From assembly GCA_951406725.2 (NCBI GenBank), contig OX597836.1, forward strand, positions 6,014,001 to 6,078,000: 64,000 nucleotides of DNA. The letters run 5' to 3'. Both the position numbers and the translations under genes were made by a program. The notes under the pieces are model-generated. The model saw only the letters and a list, made by a program, of their open reading frames with translations, ran no database searches and had not been told where the DNA came from. Origin of the DNA: Octopus vulgaris. Its lineage: Eukaryota. Shown one piece after another: positions 36,980-50,762 of this stretch (its first letter is position 1; each line of letters begins with the position of its first letter).

Positions 36980-37014
36980 GTTTCTCCCTCTCTATACATA
37001 CATATATGTATATA

Positions 37015-37063
<49 letters not shown>

Positions 37064-38385
37064 ATCCCCCCCTCTTTCTGCTTGAACTTGGCAGATACTT
37101 CGCCGGGGCATATTCCACCAATATTCTTTGCATCGATATATGTTCAATAACAGAGTTATTGTCTATATCTATCTCGGGGGAAATCTTTCCTCCGGATAGC
37201 TCTGTATATTGTTTCAGAAAAGACCTCATGCTGAAATAGGAGATTATATCTTCAAGACAGTTTTTGGGCAGTTGCCGTTCACAAATGTAATGTCTTCTAT
37301 AGTAATATGACGTAATCGAAATTTCTGACTACCCCCGGGGGGCATTAAAGGGAGTCACTCGCCCCTTTGTACAGTAGGTATATCGTAGACATCTTCTGGG
37401 GTTTCAATGCAGAAGAATAAGGTAACAACAGGGTCGGGATCTAATGGCCAAGATTCCAAGAGATTTTACATTCTTATTAATTTTATCATCATCTTCAAAT
37501 TCCAGTTCTATGTTGAGGTATGTTAATTCTACGTTTCTGGGTTCATGCGTGCGTGTTGGCGGGGGAGGAGTGATTTCTTTTGTTTTTTTGCTTGACGAGG
37601 TCATATTGACTCGTACGGAGTTATTCTCTTGAATCTGGGGCAGCAGCGATTGGATGCTGTATCACTTTTTTTGCTGACGTTGTAAAACAGCTGCCGTTTG
37701 AGCTGCCTGAGTGACACCATGAAAAAAGAAAGAATAAAAAGAAGACGACAGAAGCTGTATGCACGGAGTTTAATCCTATTTCTCATGCATTCCTTCAAAG
37801 AAAGAGAAAGGGTAGGAGGAGGGGGAGGAGGAGATGGAGACAGAAAGAGACAGACAGACAGACACATACACACACGCACACAGACAGACAGACAGTCAAT
37901 ACTACTGATTTTCCGGATGTTTGCAGTTGATGTTACGACACTGCGGGATTTCGAATCCAGGATCTTAGTGTATACGGAATGGATTTTCCTTTATAGAAGA
38001 AACAGATATCTCAAATATTGGTATCGTATCATCACTGGTGCTACAAATGCATCTCGGGATATTATCTCGTTATAAGTGTAAAGAGGCGACCGTCATGTTC
38101 GGTTGGTGCGTGCGTCGTATATATATATATGTAATTATGTATGCAAGAGTGAGGGTTCCTGTTCGCATCTTCTTATCGGTAGCTTACGTTTATTAAGGAC
38201 AAGAGCACTAGGCTACGATTCATACAGGTTTAATAACATAAAGTAGCACACGGTATTTTGGTCCAGTGTATATATGTTTATATTAATGCATGTATCTATG
38301 CATTTATGCATCAATATATATATACATTTGTGCATGCCTGTATATACACACGTATATAAATACACTCACACGTATTTAAAGATAA

Positions 38386-38446
<61 letters not shown>

Positions 38447-38555
38447 CATATATACTTATATATATATATAATACATACAAATATATAGAGACACATACAT
38501 AAATATATGTGTACGTATGTATATATATATACCGTACTTTTATATGTGTGTGTAG

Positions 38556-38587
<32 letters not shown>

Positions 38588-38852
38588 TCATACATACATA
38601 TATACACACGCATACATATATATAAATATATATGTATGTGTATATGTATGTATGTATTTACACACATTCACACATAGACTCACACTCAGATAATACACGT
38701 GTGTGTGCGTGTATGTATGTGTGGTGTGGAAGTGTATCATTACATGTATATTTATTAGTTTATACATACATGACTGCCATTATTCATGTGTCAATATTGT
38801 TGCATACGTCCATACATATGCGTGTTACATATCTATAAACACACACATACAT

Positions 38853-39236
38853 TGCTTCCCAAACACATGGTTCCGGGTTCAGTCCCATGTCATGGCACCT
38901 TGGGCAAGTGACTTTTACTATAGCCTCGGACCCTCCAAAGCCTTGTGAGTGGATTTGGTTGACGGAAACTGAAAGAAGCTCGTCTTATATATACATGTAT
39001 GTGTGTGTGTGTTTGTATTTACGTATATGTGTCTGTATGTGTGTTTGTGCTCCCCTCACCGCATGACAACAGGTGCTGGTGTGTTTACATCCCCGTAACC
39101 TAGCGGTTCGATCAAATAAGAACCGATAGAATAAGTACGAAACTTAAGGAATAAGTCATGGGATCGATTTCTTCGACTAAAAAAAACCTTCTATGCGGCG
39201 CTCCAGCATGGCCGCCATCAAATGATTGAAACAGAA
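38853..39236 (+). mobile_element. SINE family E
   Basis: GGTTCCGGGTTCAGTCCC...GCCTTGTGAGTGGATTTGG...GCGCTCCAGCATGGCCGCC. Confidence 0.88.
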
Positions 39237-39461
39237 TGTTAGAATGACAGAATAAAAATATAGCAGAATAACAGTATAATAGAATAAAAGAATAACAGAA
39301 CGGAAGAATAACAGAATGAAAGAATGACAGAATATATATACACATACCAAAATAATGTTTTTTCATATTTATATGTGCATAAACGCGTCTGAGTGCGTGT
39401 ATATTTACACATGTTTATAATGCTTAATATCGGTGTGTGTATATATATATATATATATATG

Positions 39462-39505
<44 letters not shown>

Positions 39506-39507
39506 TA

Positions 39508-39738
39508 GGGTGGCGAGCTGGCAGAAACGTTAGCACGCCGGGCGAAATGCTTAGCGGTATCACGTCTGCCGTAACGTTCTCAGTTCAAATTCCGCCGAGG
39601 TCGACTATGCCATTCATCCTTTCGAGGTCGATTAAATAAGTACCAGTTTCGCACTTGGGTCGATGTAATCGACTTAATCCCTTCGTCTGACCTTGTTTGT
39701 CCCCTCTGTGTTTACCCCCCCCCCCGTGGACAATAATG
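39508..39738 (+). mobile_element. SINE family A monomer
   Basis: GGTGGCGAGCTGGCAGAAACGTTAGCACGCCGGGCGAAATGCTTAGCGG. Confidence 0.92.
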
Positions 39739-39760
39739 AAATATATATGTGTGTGTGTGC

Positions 39761-39801
<41 letters not shown>

Positions 39802-40652
39802 TGTATATATATATATATATACACACACACATATATATATATACATACACATACATACATATAATATTGCTATGCAGTTTTTAATATATAATTATGAACA
39901 TGTGTATATGTATGTTAACATATATGTATATATATATATATATATATTTGTGTGTGTGTATGTATATATATATATATATATATTGTACACAAGCCTTTCT
40001 CTATCTTTCTCTCTTTCTCCTTCTCATCCATCATTTTCTCTCCTTCTCTATCTCTATCTTTATCTATCTATCTCTTCCTATATCTCTCTGTCTCTCTCTC
40101 TCTAATACAACGACCGCCACCACCTCCATCGCCGCCATGAACGACGGTGATATTGACAAAGTGACGTCATCGACAGCCATGATAGTATGTTAAGTACTTC
40201 TTAACGGACACTGAGAGACCTCTTGTGTATGCGTGTGTATGTCGAGCCGATGCACTGGATGCTGTATGCATATACAATAAACTACGTATGTGTACCTGTG
40301 TGCGTGTGTGCGTGCGTGCGTGCGTCAGCGTGAATATGTATGTATGAGTGTGTGTGCGTGTATGTGCATGTATGTTTTGCAGAAATGTGTCTTCGGAGTG
40401 TGTGTGTATGAGTGTGTCTGTGCGAGGGTGTGTTGCTCATAAATGGGTGTACGGTTGTGACCGTGAATTAATGCATGACATTTCAAAGGTACACTTGTTG
40501 TGGAATGTATATAAGTAAGCATTCTACAAGTGAGGCTGTGCTCCAGCGTGGCCGCAGTCAAATGCCTGAAGCAAGTGAACAGTTAAAATGAAACTAATGT
40601 ATGTTTACGCGGGCATGAGTATCTATATCTATATATATCGACACTACAAACG

Positions 40653-40707
<55 letters not shown>

Positions 40708-40900
40708 TACACACACATACACACGTATATATACTTACATGTAATATATAATATATGTATCTACACATGTATGTATGTGTGTATGTATGCATACGTGTAT
40801 GTTTCCGTACACACACCAGAACACACGCGTATTTATTCACGTGTGTATATATATATAAATGTTAATGTATGTATATACGTACATATATTTCTCTGTGTGT

Positions 40901-40943
<43 letters not shown>

Positions 40944-41059
40944 TATTTACATATATTTATACAATATATAATATGCGGCATGTATATATGTATATATGGA
41001 CATATATTGTACGGGTGGTATATCTAAGTTGTCTAAAACTGTACGCACATGAATCATGA

Positions 41060-41112
<53 letters not shown>

Positions 41113-41148
41113 ATACATACACATACTCATGCATACATATACACGCTC

Positions 41149-41211
<63 letters not shown>

Positions 41212-41886
41212 CCATACGTATATCTGTGTTTAGCATTGTATTGTATCAAGTATATATAATCCGTTCATTATCATAGTCTTAACATAACATAGTCACATAA
41301 TAGACAAAGAGAGCTTTTTTTTTTAGGCTGCATACATAATAAAATCTATTTAAAATAGAACCAACTCCGTCTAAAAGCTATTCTATCATCAAATATATTA
41401 ACTACCGAAGAATAATTTCTATGTTTTTAAAAAACAATTTTAGGGCTGAAATACATAGAAAATTTTGCGAATGAGAGGCGAGAAACGGTGTAGAATGAGC
41501 GCTGTTGCTTTTGTATACGTTAGCGATATATATATAGACTCCATTATGCGTGTGTTTAATGATAAATTTCGTGATATTCTGGAGAAATATATTTATACGT
41601 TCGAAGCGAAGGAATCGAGGGTTTTTTTTTTTTTCTTCTTCCATGGTACACGTTCATTCTGGCGACGAAAGAAGCGGTGTGTCTGTGTGTTTGCGTTTGT
41701 GCATGTGTGTGTGTGTGTGTGTGCGTGGGTAAGCATGCATGTATGTATGTGTATATAGATGGATGGATGGATGAATTCATGTGTATAACTATGTTTGTTT
41801 TGCTTCATGAATATACGCATACACATATGTAATATCTATCTATCTATCTGTCAATCTATCTATCTCTCTCTCTCTCTCTCTATCTA

Positions 41887-41927
<41 letters not shown>

Positions 41928-41943
41928 CAAGACATACATACAT

Positions 41944-42098
41944 GGACTAGTACTGTTTCATTCAAGAGAAATCTTAGCTGAAGCTCTGAATGAAACAGTA
42001 CTAGTCCTGTAGAAGCTCCTTCTATATAATAAATTAATTTTACTCTGCTATGTATTGAGTACCTTACTTACTGTGGTTAACCCCGAATCAACCCGGGA

Positions 42099-42100
<2 letters not shown>
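41944..42100 (+). mobile_element. Fold-back fragment (21-bp perfect arms) between (TA)n tracts
   Basis: GGACTAGTACTGTTTCATTCA (41944-41964) / TGAATGAAACAGTACTAGTCC (41987-42007). Confidence 0.7.
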
Positions 42101-42145
<45 letters not shown>

Positions 42146-42404
42146 ATATGTATATGTATGTATATATAAATATATATATATATATACATACATGTACATC
42201 TATATATGTGTATGTGTGTGTTAGTGTGTGTGTGTTTATGTTTGTGTGTGTGTGTGTGTGCGCGCGCGCACGATTATGTATCTATATCAGTTTGCTCATG
42301 CATACTCATATGTGTGTGTGAGTGTGTGAGTGTGTATATGTGCCTCTGTTTATGTGTGCATGCATAGATATGTACTTATACATATGTGGTTATCTGTTTC
42401 AATA

Positions 42405-42950
<546 letters not shown>

Positions 42951-43354
42951 AATATGCACACACGCAGAAGCGTACTCCCGCACAGGAAGCGGGGATGTGG
43001 GTGGGTGTGTGTATGCTTTGTGTATGAGCGAATGTTTGGTTGTGCACATGAATATTGTGGTGGATCTCCGTCGTTACACGACGACGATTCAGTTTACGAT
43101 CATTCGTATGTCCTCCTTCCGATTTAACGTATAAATCCGCAAGCGTGCAACAGTCACGTGTTGCCTCATTATAGCGGAATCAGCATCGCTGGTCGCTTCC
43201 TCGGAATTATAAGTACAATCCGCTGATTGGGCTTCCATGCAGTTTTCCTTTACCTATATTCTACTTCCTAGATGTCACCTGCCACAGATAGTATCGAAAG
43301 TAGGATATCGTACCCTTGAGGGGGACTTTTATCCGTCCGGTCATGCTGCACATA

Positions 43355-43399
<45 letters not shown>

Positions 43400-43435
43400 C
43401 ATACATACATATACGTACAGCACACATATATATAC

Positions 43436-43468
<33 letters not shown>

Positions 43469-43553
43469 CATATGTATATATACTGCCAAAAAAACAATCA
43501 TCTACCTTACCATACAATACATACATACATGCATACATCTGTATCTATCTATC

Positions 43554-43602
<49 letters not shown>

Positions 43603-43764
43603 GTATATTTTCCACCTACATGTGGCTAACCCTTAAGTGTCGACGCTACTGTAGCTTGTAGCCCCAGAAAGACACCTCCTCCAGCTGGCTATCGACACAC
43701 TATCTGTGCCCTGTCAGTATTTGCAAAAGGAAGTCATCGTTTCCATCTCCAGCCTAACGTGATA

Positions 43765-43809
43765 CACACAGACCCGAGTTTCTGAGTATTTGCCCGTCAT
43801 CAGCGTATG
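43765..43809 (-). ncRNA. Type-I hammerhead motif in a ~240-bp element between (TA)n tracts
   Basis: CATACG CTGATGA CGGG CAAATA CTCA GAAA CTCGG GTC TGTGTG: intact core, 6-bp stem I, GTC cleavage triplet, stem II mismatch at base. Confidence 0.65.
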
Positions 43810-44539
43810 ACAATCACCGATCAGTGATTTATGATATAATATATATATATACGTGATAACAAACATATACACACATCTTAAGATTTCGGTATTTCGGTTC
43901 GGCATTGCCGTACTAATATAGTATATTGTTATATAGAAAAATCTATAGGTCTCATATATTGATATTTAACGTTGGGCTAAAGACCCTGTTTTGGAGGAGT
44001 GTATATTACTGGTACTTCAATCACTTCATCATCCCCTAAACCATGGCAGTTAAAATCAATCTTGCTTATACTTAAATTATTATGATTTCAACATGTTGTT
44101 TAACCCTTGGGCTTTTTGTTAAGGTGTATATTTATTGTTAGAATGTTGAAGGATTTAAACTTCCGGGTCTTAATATATAGACAATGGATTTCTTCTAGAA
44201 GTGCATTGTGGGATGTAACTTTGTTATAAGATTAAAGATGTCACCGCTATATTATTCGTGTGCTCCTTGTTATTCTGGTAAAAGACATTCCAGCTATGCC
44301 CACCCTGTTTTTTTTTATCAAACTCTTGTGCAAAATGTCAAATAGGGGGACTAAATACAGTGTCATGAGCTCCGGGAATGAAATGATCTGCTGTATCTGT
44401 TCAGGATCAAATCCTGCCGAGGTCTTTGATCTTATCAATGTCGATTAAATATAGCAGATACTTGCATCCGCATACGTTGGTAATTGCTTTCAAGATATAT
44501 CCGACTTAACTCGAAAAAGGACGTAACACGAAAAGAACA

Positions 44540-44900
44540 CTTCAAGGCACATGTTACCTGGTTTGGGCCCACTGCGTGCCATCTTGGCCAGGTGTCTTCT
44601 ATTATAGCCTCGGACAAACCAAAGCGTTGTGAGTGGATTTGGTAGACTGAAACTGAAAGAAGTCCGTCGTATATATGTGTGTGTGGTTGTGTGTGTGTGT
44701 GTATGTGTGTGTGTTTGTCTACCACCACCAATCAGCAATCGGTGTTGGTTTGTCTACGTCACTGTAAATTAGCGCTTCGGCAAAAGCGAACCAATAAAAT
44801 ATGTAGCATAGCAAGGCTTTAAAATGGTAATAAAACGTATTGATGTTGATATATTCGACTAAAAATCCTTCAAGGTGGTGCCCCAGCATGGCCGCTGTCT
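44540..44900 (+). mobile_element. SINE family E, older copy
   Basis: CCCACTGCGTGCCATCTTGGCCAGG...GTGAGTGGATTTGGTAGAC...GCCCCAGCATGGCCGC. Confidence 0.82.
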
Positions 44901-44967
44901 GAACATTCTCGCAAGTATTTTACATTATTTTTCTACTTCATTAATTATTTTTTTTTAGATTTAAGAA

Positions 44968-45139
44968 AAAAATACCTTATGAATGAGGACCCAGGGTTGG
45001 GTTCAAAATTCCACCAGGACACCTGATGAAGGATGGAGAATAAATCAGCCAAAATGTTGTGTTAACAACAAATCGGCTGATCCGTCCAATGTAAATAATG
45101 TAAATAATGCACAGAATTCCTCATCTCAAAATATAGAAC
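44968..45139 (+). mobile_element. Family F 3' part (headless, decayed hammerhead)
   Basis: GACAC CTGATGA AGGATGG..TCAGCC AAAAT GTT GTGTT ... AATATAGAAC. Confidence 0.8.
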
Positions 45140-45826
45140 AGTAACTTTTAAAAATATTCATGATCTTAAATATGTTCGTTGAGACCAACGTAAACTCGCA
45201 TAAATTGACGGAAGTTCCATGGTTTTTATGAGTTCAATTTTTTTTAATGTAAATTTTAAACTAGGCAAGTTAAGTTATGTCTATACTAGTTTACAGCTTT
45301 GAATTGGCCAAATTCTTAGAGGGACGAGGTACCTGGATATATTTGTACCTCCTGTCTTTCTTTTGAGTTCTAAAGTGTTAGACAGCGTCTTAGATACAGA
45401 CCGTTATTTTTTTTCAACGAAGGATACGGTGACACGGACAGTGTTGGTAACCAGTGAGGGAACTAAATATATGATGGTACTTCAGTGTTGCAGACGTTTG
45501 TGATAACCCGAATGCCGTAACGAAAACGTCCTTAATCTGTTTTTAATTTGAAATGTTGAATGTATGACACGCACTCCAAGGAGAGAAAGAGAGAGATTGT
45601 CAGACAGACAGAGAGAGGGTGAGCGAAAGGGGAGAGAGAGAGAGAGAGACGAGACAGAGAGAAACAGAATGACAAATGTATGCATGCATGTATGTATGTA
45701 TGTATGCCTGTATGTATGTATGTATGTATGTATGCCTGTGTGTATGTATGTATGTATGTATGTATGTATGTATGTATATATGTATGTATGTATGTTTGTA
45801 TGTATGTATGTATGTATGTATGTATG

Positions 45827-45857
<31 letters not shown>

Positions 45858-45994
45858 ATATGTATGTATGTTTGTATGTATGTATGTATGTATATATGTA
45901 TGTATGTATATATGTATGTATGTATGTATGTATATATGTATGTATGTATGTATGTATGTTTGTATGTATGTATGTATGTATGTATATATGTATG

Positions 45995-46405
45995 ATGTGG
46001 AATGGACATCTGATGAGAATGAATAAGGAAAGACTTCCTAAGAAACTCCTGTATAGCGAGCTGAAAGATGGTAGGAGGCCAGGACATGAACCCCAAACGA
46101 ACACCAAGGACTGCTTCAGAATTGCTCTGATATTGATAGGAGTTTTAGTTGTTGATTGAGAGAGGGAGACACGTGACAGGAATGGATAGTGGGAAAGAAT
46201 GCAGTGATTGTTCGAAATTTGAAAGAGAGAACGAAGCCCGAGAAGATCAAGATAGGAATTAGAAAGAATGAAAGAGTGTCGCGCTTTTTACGTGTATGAT
46301 TTGCGGGAGGAAATACTAGAGTCGTGCAGGCTTGGTCAGCAATCAGAGAACTTACAGGAATCAGCCCCTCGTAAATTGTGATAAGGCCATCGTTCACAAC
46401 AGAAC
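45995..46405 (+). pseudogene. RTE-clade LINE C-terminus
   Basis: WNGHLMRMNKERLPKKLLYSELKDGRR; terminal finger FTCMICGRKY*SRAGLVSNQR. Confidence 0.85.
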
Positions 46406-46704
46406 ATGTGCAATCAATGTAAAGGTGTGTCTATCAGTTTGAGGATTGAAAAAGGTATGTCAAAAGAATTCCTACTGTGGCACCTGTTCCCTCTGCCAGC
46501 CAGCACAGCTGTGCATTGTGCAATACAATGTGAAAATATTTGGCGGAGCTCAAGAGTCATACAAGGGCTTCGCATTGCATCACTGATTCCTTCCATCAAT
46601 AGCTTCGCTCGTATACAAGAAAGCAGCCACTATGCTTGTATGTATGTATGTATGTATGTATGTATGTATGTATGTATGTATGGATGGATGGATGGATGGA
46701 TGGA

Positions 46705-46892
46705 TGTGTAATTTGGCAGGAGGACTTAAACGACATGCAAAGATACATGAAGCCCAGTTACAACTACAGCCGGCTATTACCGGTAAGGGTTTTAGTTGCC
46801 AATTCTGTACAAGACATTGTAGATCTTTAGCTGGGCTAAAAAGTCACATTCAATCAGAGCACCAGTAACACTTAAGCTTCGTGCAACGGTCA
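46705..46892 (+). mobile_element. RTE-type LINE 3' end with C2H2 fingers
   Basis: GGLKRHAKIH...CQFCTRHCRSLAGLKSHIQSEH*; near-identical copy at 61654-61806. Confidence 0.75.
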
Positions 46893-47221
46893 GTCTTCAT
46901 GTATGTATGCATGCATGTATGTATGTATGTATGTATGTATGTAAGTATGTATGTGTGTGTGTGTATGTATGTATACGTATGTATATATGTATGTATGCAC
47001 TTATGTACCAAATTTTAATGTTTATTATTCTCCATCATTCATCCGCTGCCCTCTGACAAGGTTTCAATTCCTTGCTGCATGGTTTCCGGAAGTTCATGTT
47101 TCTAACAAGAAGCCTCGATAGTATTGTCGTTTTAGTCGCAGCGGAACGAACCATGCAATAGTGTCTATGGATTGCACATTTTCCAGTTGCCCTCCGGCCA
47201 GATCTCACACACAAACTCATA

Positions 47222-47275
<54 letters not shown>

Positions 47276-47279
47276 TAAG

Positions 47280-47311
<32 letters not shown>

Positions 47312-47627
47312 ATTTTCATTAAAACTGCTGTTACTCAGGGTTTCATCTTCCAGTTCGTCGGGCAATATTTATCACCAGTCTTCGATGAACGGAAGCGTGA
47401 AACTTTGAATAACATTTCTGTGTTGATTTTGCGACTTTAATAAAAAGTATATTAGTTTACCTTTTGTATTCAATTACTATTTCTTATCACCTTGTTTTGC
47501 TCTTATGTGCTCTTATGTATATATATATATACGCAAGCACATTTCTGTGTGTGTATACGTACATATACATTCATATAAAGAGTTAGTCTTTCCAACACAC
47601 ACACACGCGCAGTGACATATATGTCTA

Positions 47628-47840
47628 AGGTGGCGAGCTGGCAGAATTGTTAGCACGTTGGATAAAAAGCTTAGCGGCATTTCGTCCGTCCTTACGTTCC
47701 GAGTTCAAATTCCACCTAGGTCAACTTTGCCTTTCATACCTGCGGGGTCGATAAAAGAATCATCATTTGAACACCGGGGTCAGTGTAATCCACTTACTCC
47801 ATCTCTCAAAATTGCTGCCCTTTTGTGAAAATACAAAACC
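47628..47840 (+). mobile_element. SINE family A monomer
   Basis: GGTGGCGAGCTGGCAGAATTGTTAGCACG. Confidence 0.85.
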
Positions 47841-47909
47841 ATTAATATGTCTCTCGAAACCTATTTGTGCCAATGGTTCTATTTCAGTTCTTGGATTTTT
47901 ATACACATT

Positions 47910-48054
47910 GCGCAGGAGTGGCTGTGTGGTACGTAGCTTGCTTACCAACCACATGGTTCTGGGTTCAGTCCCACTGCGTGGCACCTTGGGCGAGCCTCGG
48001 GCCGACCAAAGCCTTGTGAGTGGATTTGGTAGAAGGAAACTGAAAGTAGCCCGT

Positions 48055-48120
<66 letters not shown>

Positions 48121-48293
48121 TGTTTGCCCCCCCCCCCCCCCAACATTGCTTGACAACCGATGCTGGTGTGTTTACGTCCCCGTAACTTAGCGGTGGTTCG
48201 GCGATAGAAGCCGATAGAATAAGTACTAGGCTTAGAAAGAATAAGTCCTGGGGTCGATTTGCCACAGTCAAATAACTGAAACAAGTAAAAGAG
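47910..48293 (+). mobile_element. SINE family E (two internal deletions)
   Basis: GCGCAGGAGTGGCTGTGTGG head through ACAAGTAAAAGAG tail. Confidence 0.9.
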
Positions 48294-48469
48294 TATTGGT
48301 GCCTTCAGCACACTATTTGCGATTCAGTCATACTTAAGCCAAACCTACTGACCACGGATGCGGCAACGCAAAGGTTAGAGTCTGGCCCTTTATAACTCCA
48401 AACGTAATCACTAGGAATCTTGAAGAAAATGTCACTGTGGCTGTAACTTTCGTTTTCTAACGAAGCCAT

Positions 48470-48470
48470 A

Positions 48471-48503
<33 letters not shown>

Positions 48504-48749
48504 TGTATACATACATATATATATCAATGCATATGTGTATATTTGTTTGTGTTGGTATGTATGTGTATATATGCCATTCTACACAACGGAGTATATCTAT
48601 ATATTTCAATTCCCAATAGCAATTGCCATTTATACATACATGTGTATGTGTGCCTGTGTGTGTGTATGTGCGCATTTGTATGTATATGTATATTTAAACA
48701 TATAGGTATGTATATACATTTGTATATATATATATACATACATACATAC

Positions 48750-48798
<49 letters not shown>

Positions 48799-48861
48799 AT
48801 ATGTATACATATATTTACGCATTTATATATAGATATGTGTATGTATGTATATATGTATATG

Positions 48862-48935
<74 letters not shown>

Positions 48936-48974
48936 CAGATATATATATATATATATATATATATGCATATACAT

Positions 48975-49008
<34 letters not shown>

Positions 49009-49244
49009 TATACATACATATACATAAATATATATATATATATATATATCATATACATACAGATATATATATATATAATATATATATGCATATACATACA
49101 GATATATATATATATATATATATATGCATATACATACAGATATATATATATATATATATATATATTATCATACATATATATATATATAAATATATATATG
49201 CATATACATACAGATATATATATATATAATATATATATATGCAT

Positions 49245-49292
<48 letters not shown>

Positions 49293-49300
49293 TTATATAT
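48470..49300. repeat. (TA)n field with recurring GCATATACATACAGA unit
   Basis: Direct reading. Confidence 0.9.
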
Positions 49301-49612
49301 AATCATGTAGTGCTGGAAATTCGGTTACTCTTTATCTTAATTCCTATTTTTTCCCTTTTTATTATTACAGATATTTTTATATTTTTGTTTCTTAGCAGTT
49401 AGACCATAATGTTCGGTTTTGGAACAATACATTTCCGAGGTCCATCGACTTTTCTAGACCTCCTTGGTCTTCATCTTCTGCTTGGAATAATATTAGCACT
49501 GGTCGTTATCGCTGTTAAGGCTACTCGAAAACAAGCAACAACAACAACAACAACAACAACAAAAAGCACGAAGAAAAAACATTAAAAAAAAAACTAAAAC
49601 AAATGCATACGA

Positions 49613-49653
<41 letters not shown>

Positions 49654-49658
49654 TGATG

Positions 49659-49774
<116 letters not shown>

Positions 49775-50344
49775 GATGGTGATCCAAAGAGGAAAAAGAT
49801 ATTTTTCCAGACAAGAATCATGGGTACGATGGTTGCCTATGTCTTGTTTCTGATTGGTTAGTTTACAGGAGACTTTTAAATATTCTTGACCATTGACATG
49901 AAGATGCATTCAGTAATCGGTACGATCTTACGCCATCTTGTCTGCTGTCCGTTTGTTGCTAGGTGGTGCTATTCGTCGAAGTTTAGGTCTTCCTTGTATA
50001 TTTTTCTTGTTCTTAGTATAATGTCTTACATGGCCAAAGTTCTATGTTTTGTTTGATTGTTTTTTGGTTGGCTGGTGTGTTTGTTTGTTTGTTTGTTGGT
50101 CGTTTTTCGTTAGTTTTTCGTTGGGTAGGCAAGAGGTGTACGTTAAAAGATACGGGTAGGAAGAGAAGAGACAAGCAACACTGTTTGCTAAGGCGAATAT
50201 ATCTAGCATTGTGTTGTGTCTGCTATGTAACCTAATGTGTTGTATTGGCACCAAGAAATTCTTCACCAGATGGTTACGGTTGGAACGCAGTGAAGTCGGG
50301 TGTTCAAGAATTGGCATATATATATATATTCTTTTATTCTTTTA

Positions 50345-50762
50345 TTCTTTTACTTGTTTCAAACATTTGACTGTTGCCAGGCTGGAGTACCGCATTTAGG
50401 CGAGCAAGTCGACCCTAGGACTTATACTTTGTAAGCTTTGTATTTATTATATCGGTCCTATTCGCCGAACCGCTATATTACGGAGAAGTAAACACACCAG
50501 CATCGGTTGTCAAGTAAAGTTGGGGGTGGGGGGGGGGGGACAAACACAGACACACAAACATACACACATACACACACACATATTTATATATATATATATA
50601 CATATATACGATGGGCTTCTTTCAGTTCCCGCCTACCAAATCCACTCACAAGGCTTTGGTCGGCCCGAGGCTATAGAAGAAGACACTTGCCCAAGGTGCC
50701 ACGCAATGGGACAGAACCCGAAACCATGTGATTGATAAGCAAGCTACTTACCACACAGCCAC
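50345..50762 (-). mobile_element. SINE family E (full length)
   Basis: Colinear with 25524-25911. Confidence 0.9.

Noticed and set aside
37260-37700. Possible Penelope linker (THEPRN) on minus strand
   Set aside because: Single short motif; flanking frames unconvincing
40162-40169. Isolated CRE palindrome (also 63003)
   Set aside because: An 8-mer is expected by chance in 64 kb; no supporting context
49440-49482. Minus-strand GATGA AGACC-AAGGA-GGTCT AGAAA AGTC
   Set aside because: Good stem II but C3/U4 absent and no stem I; too decayed to call
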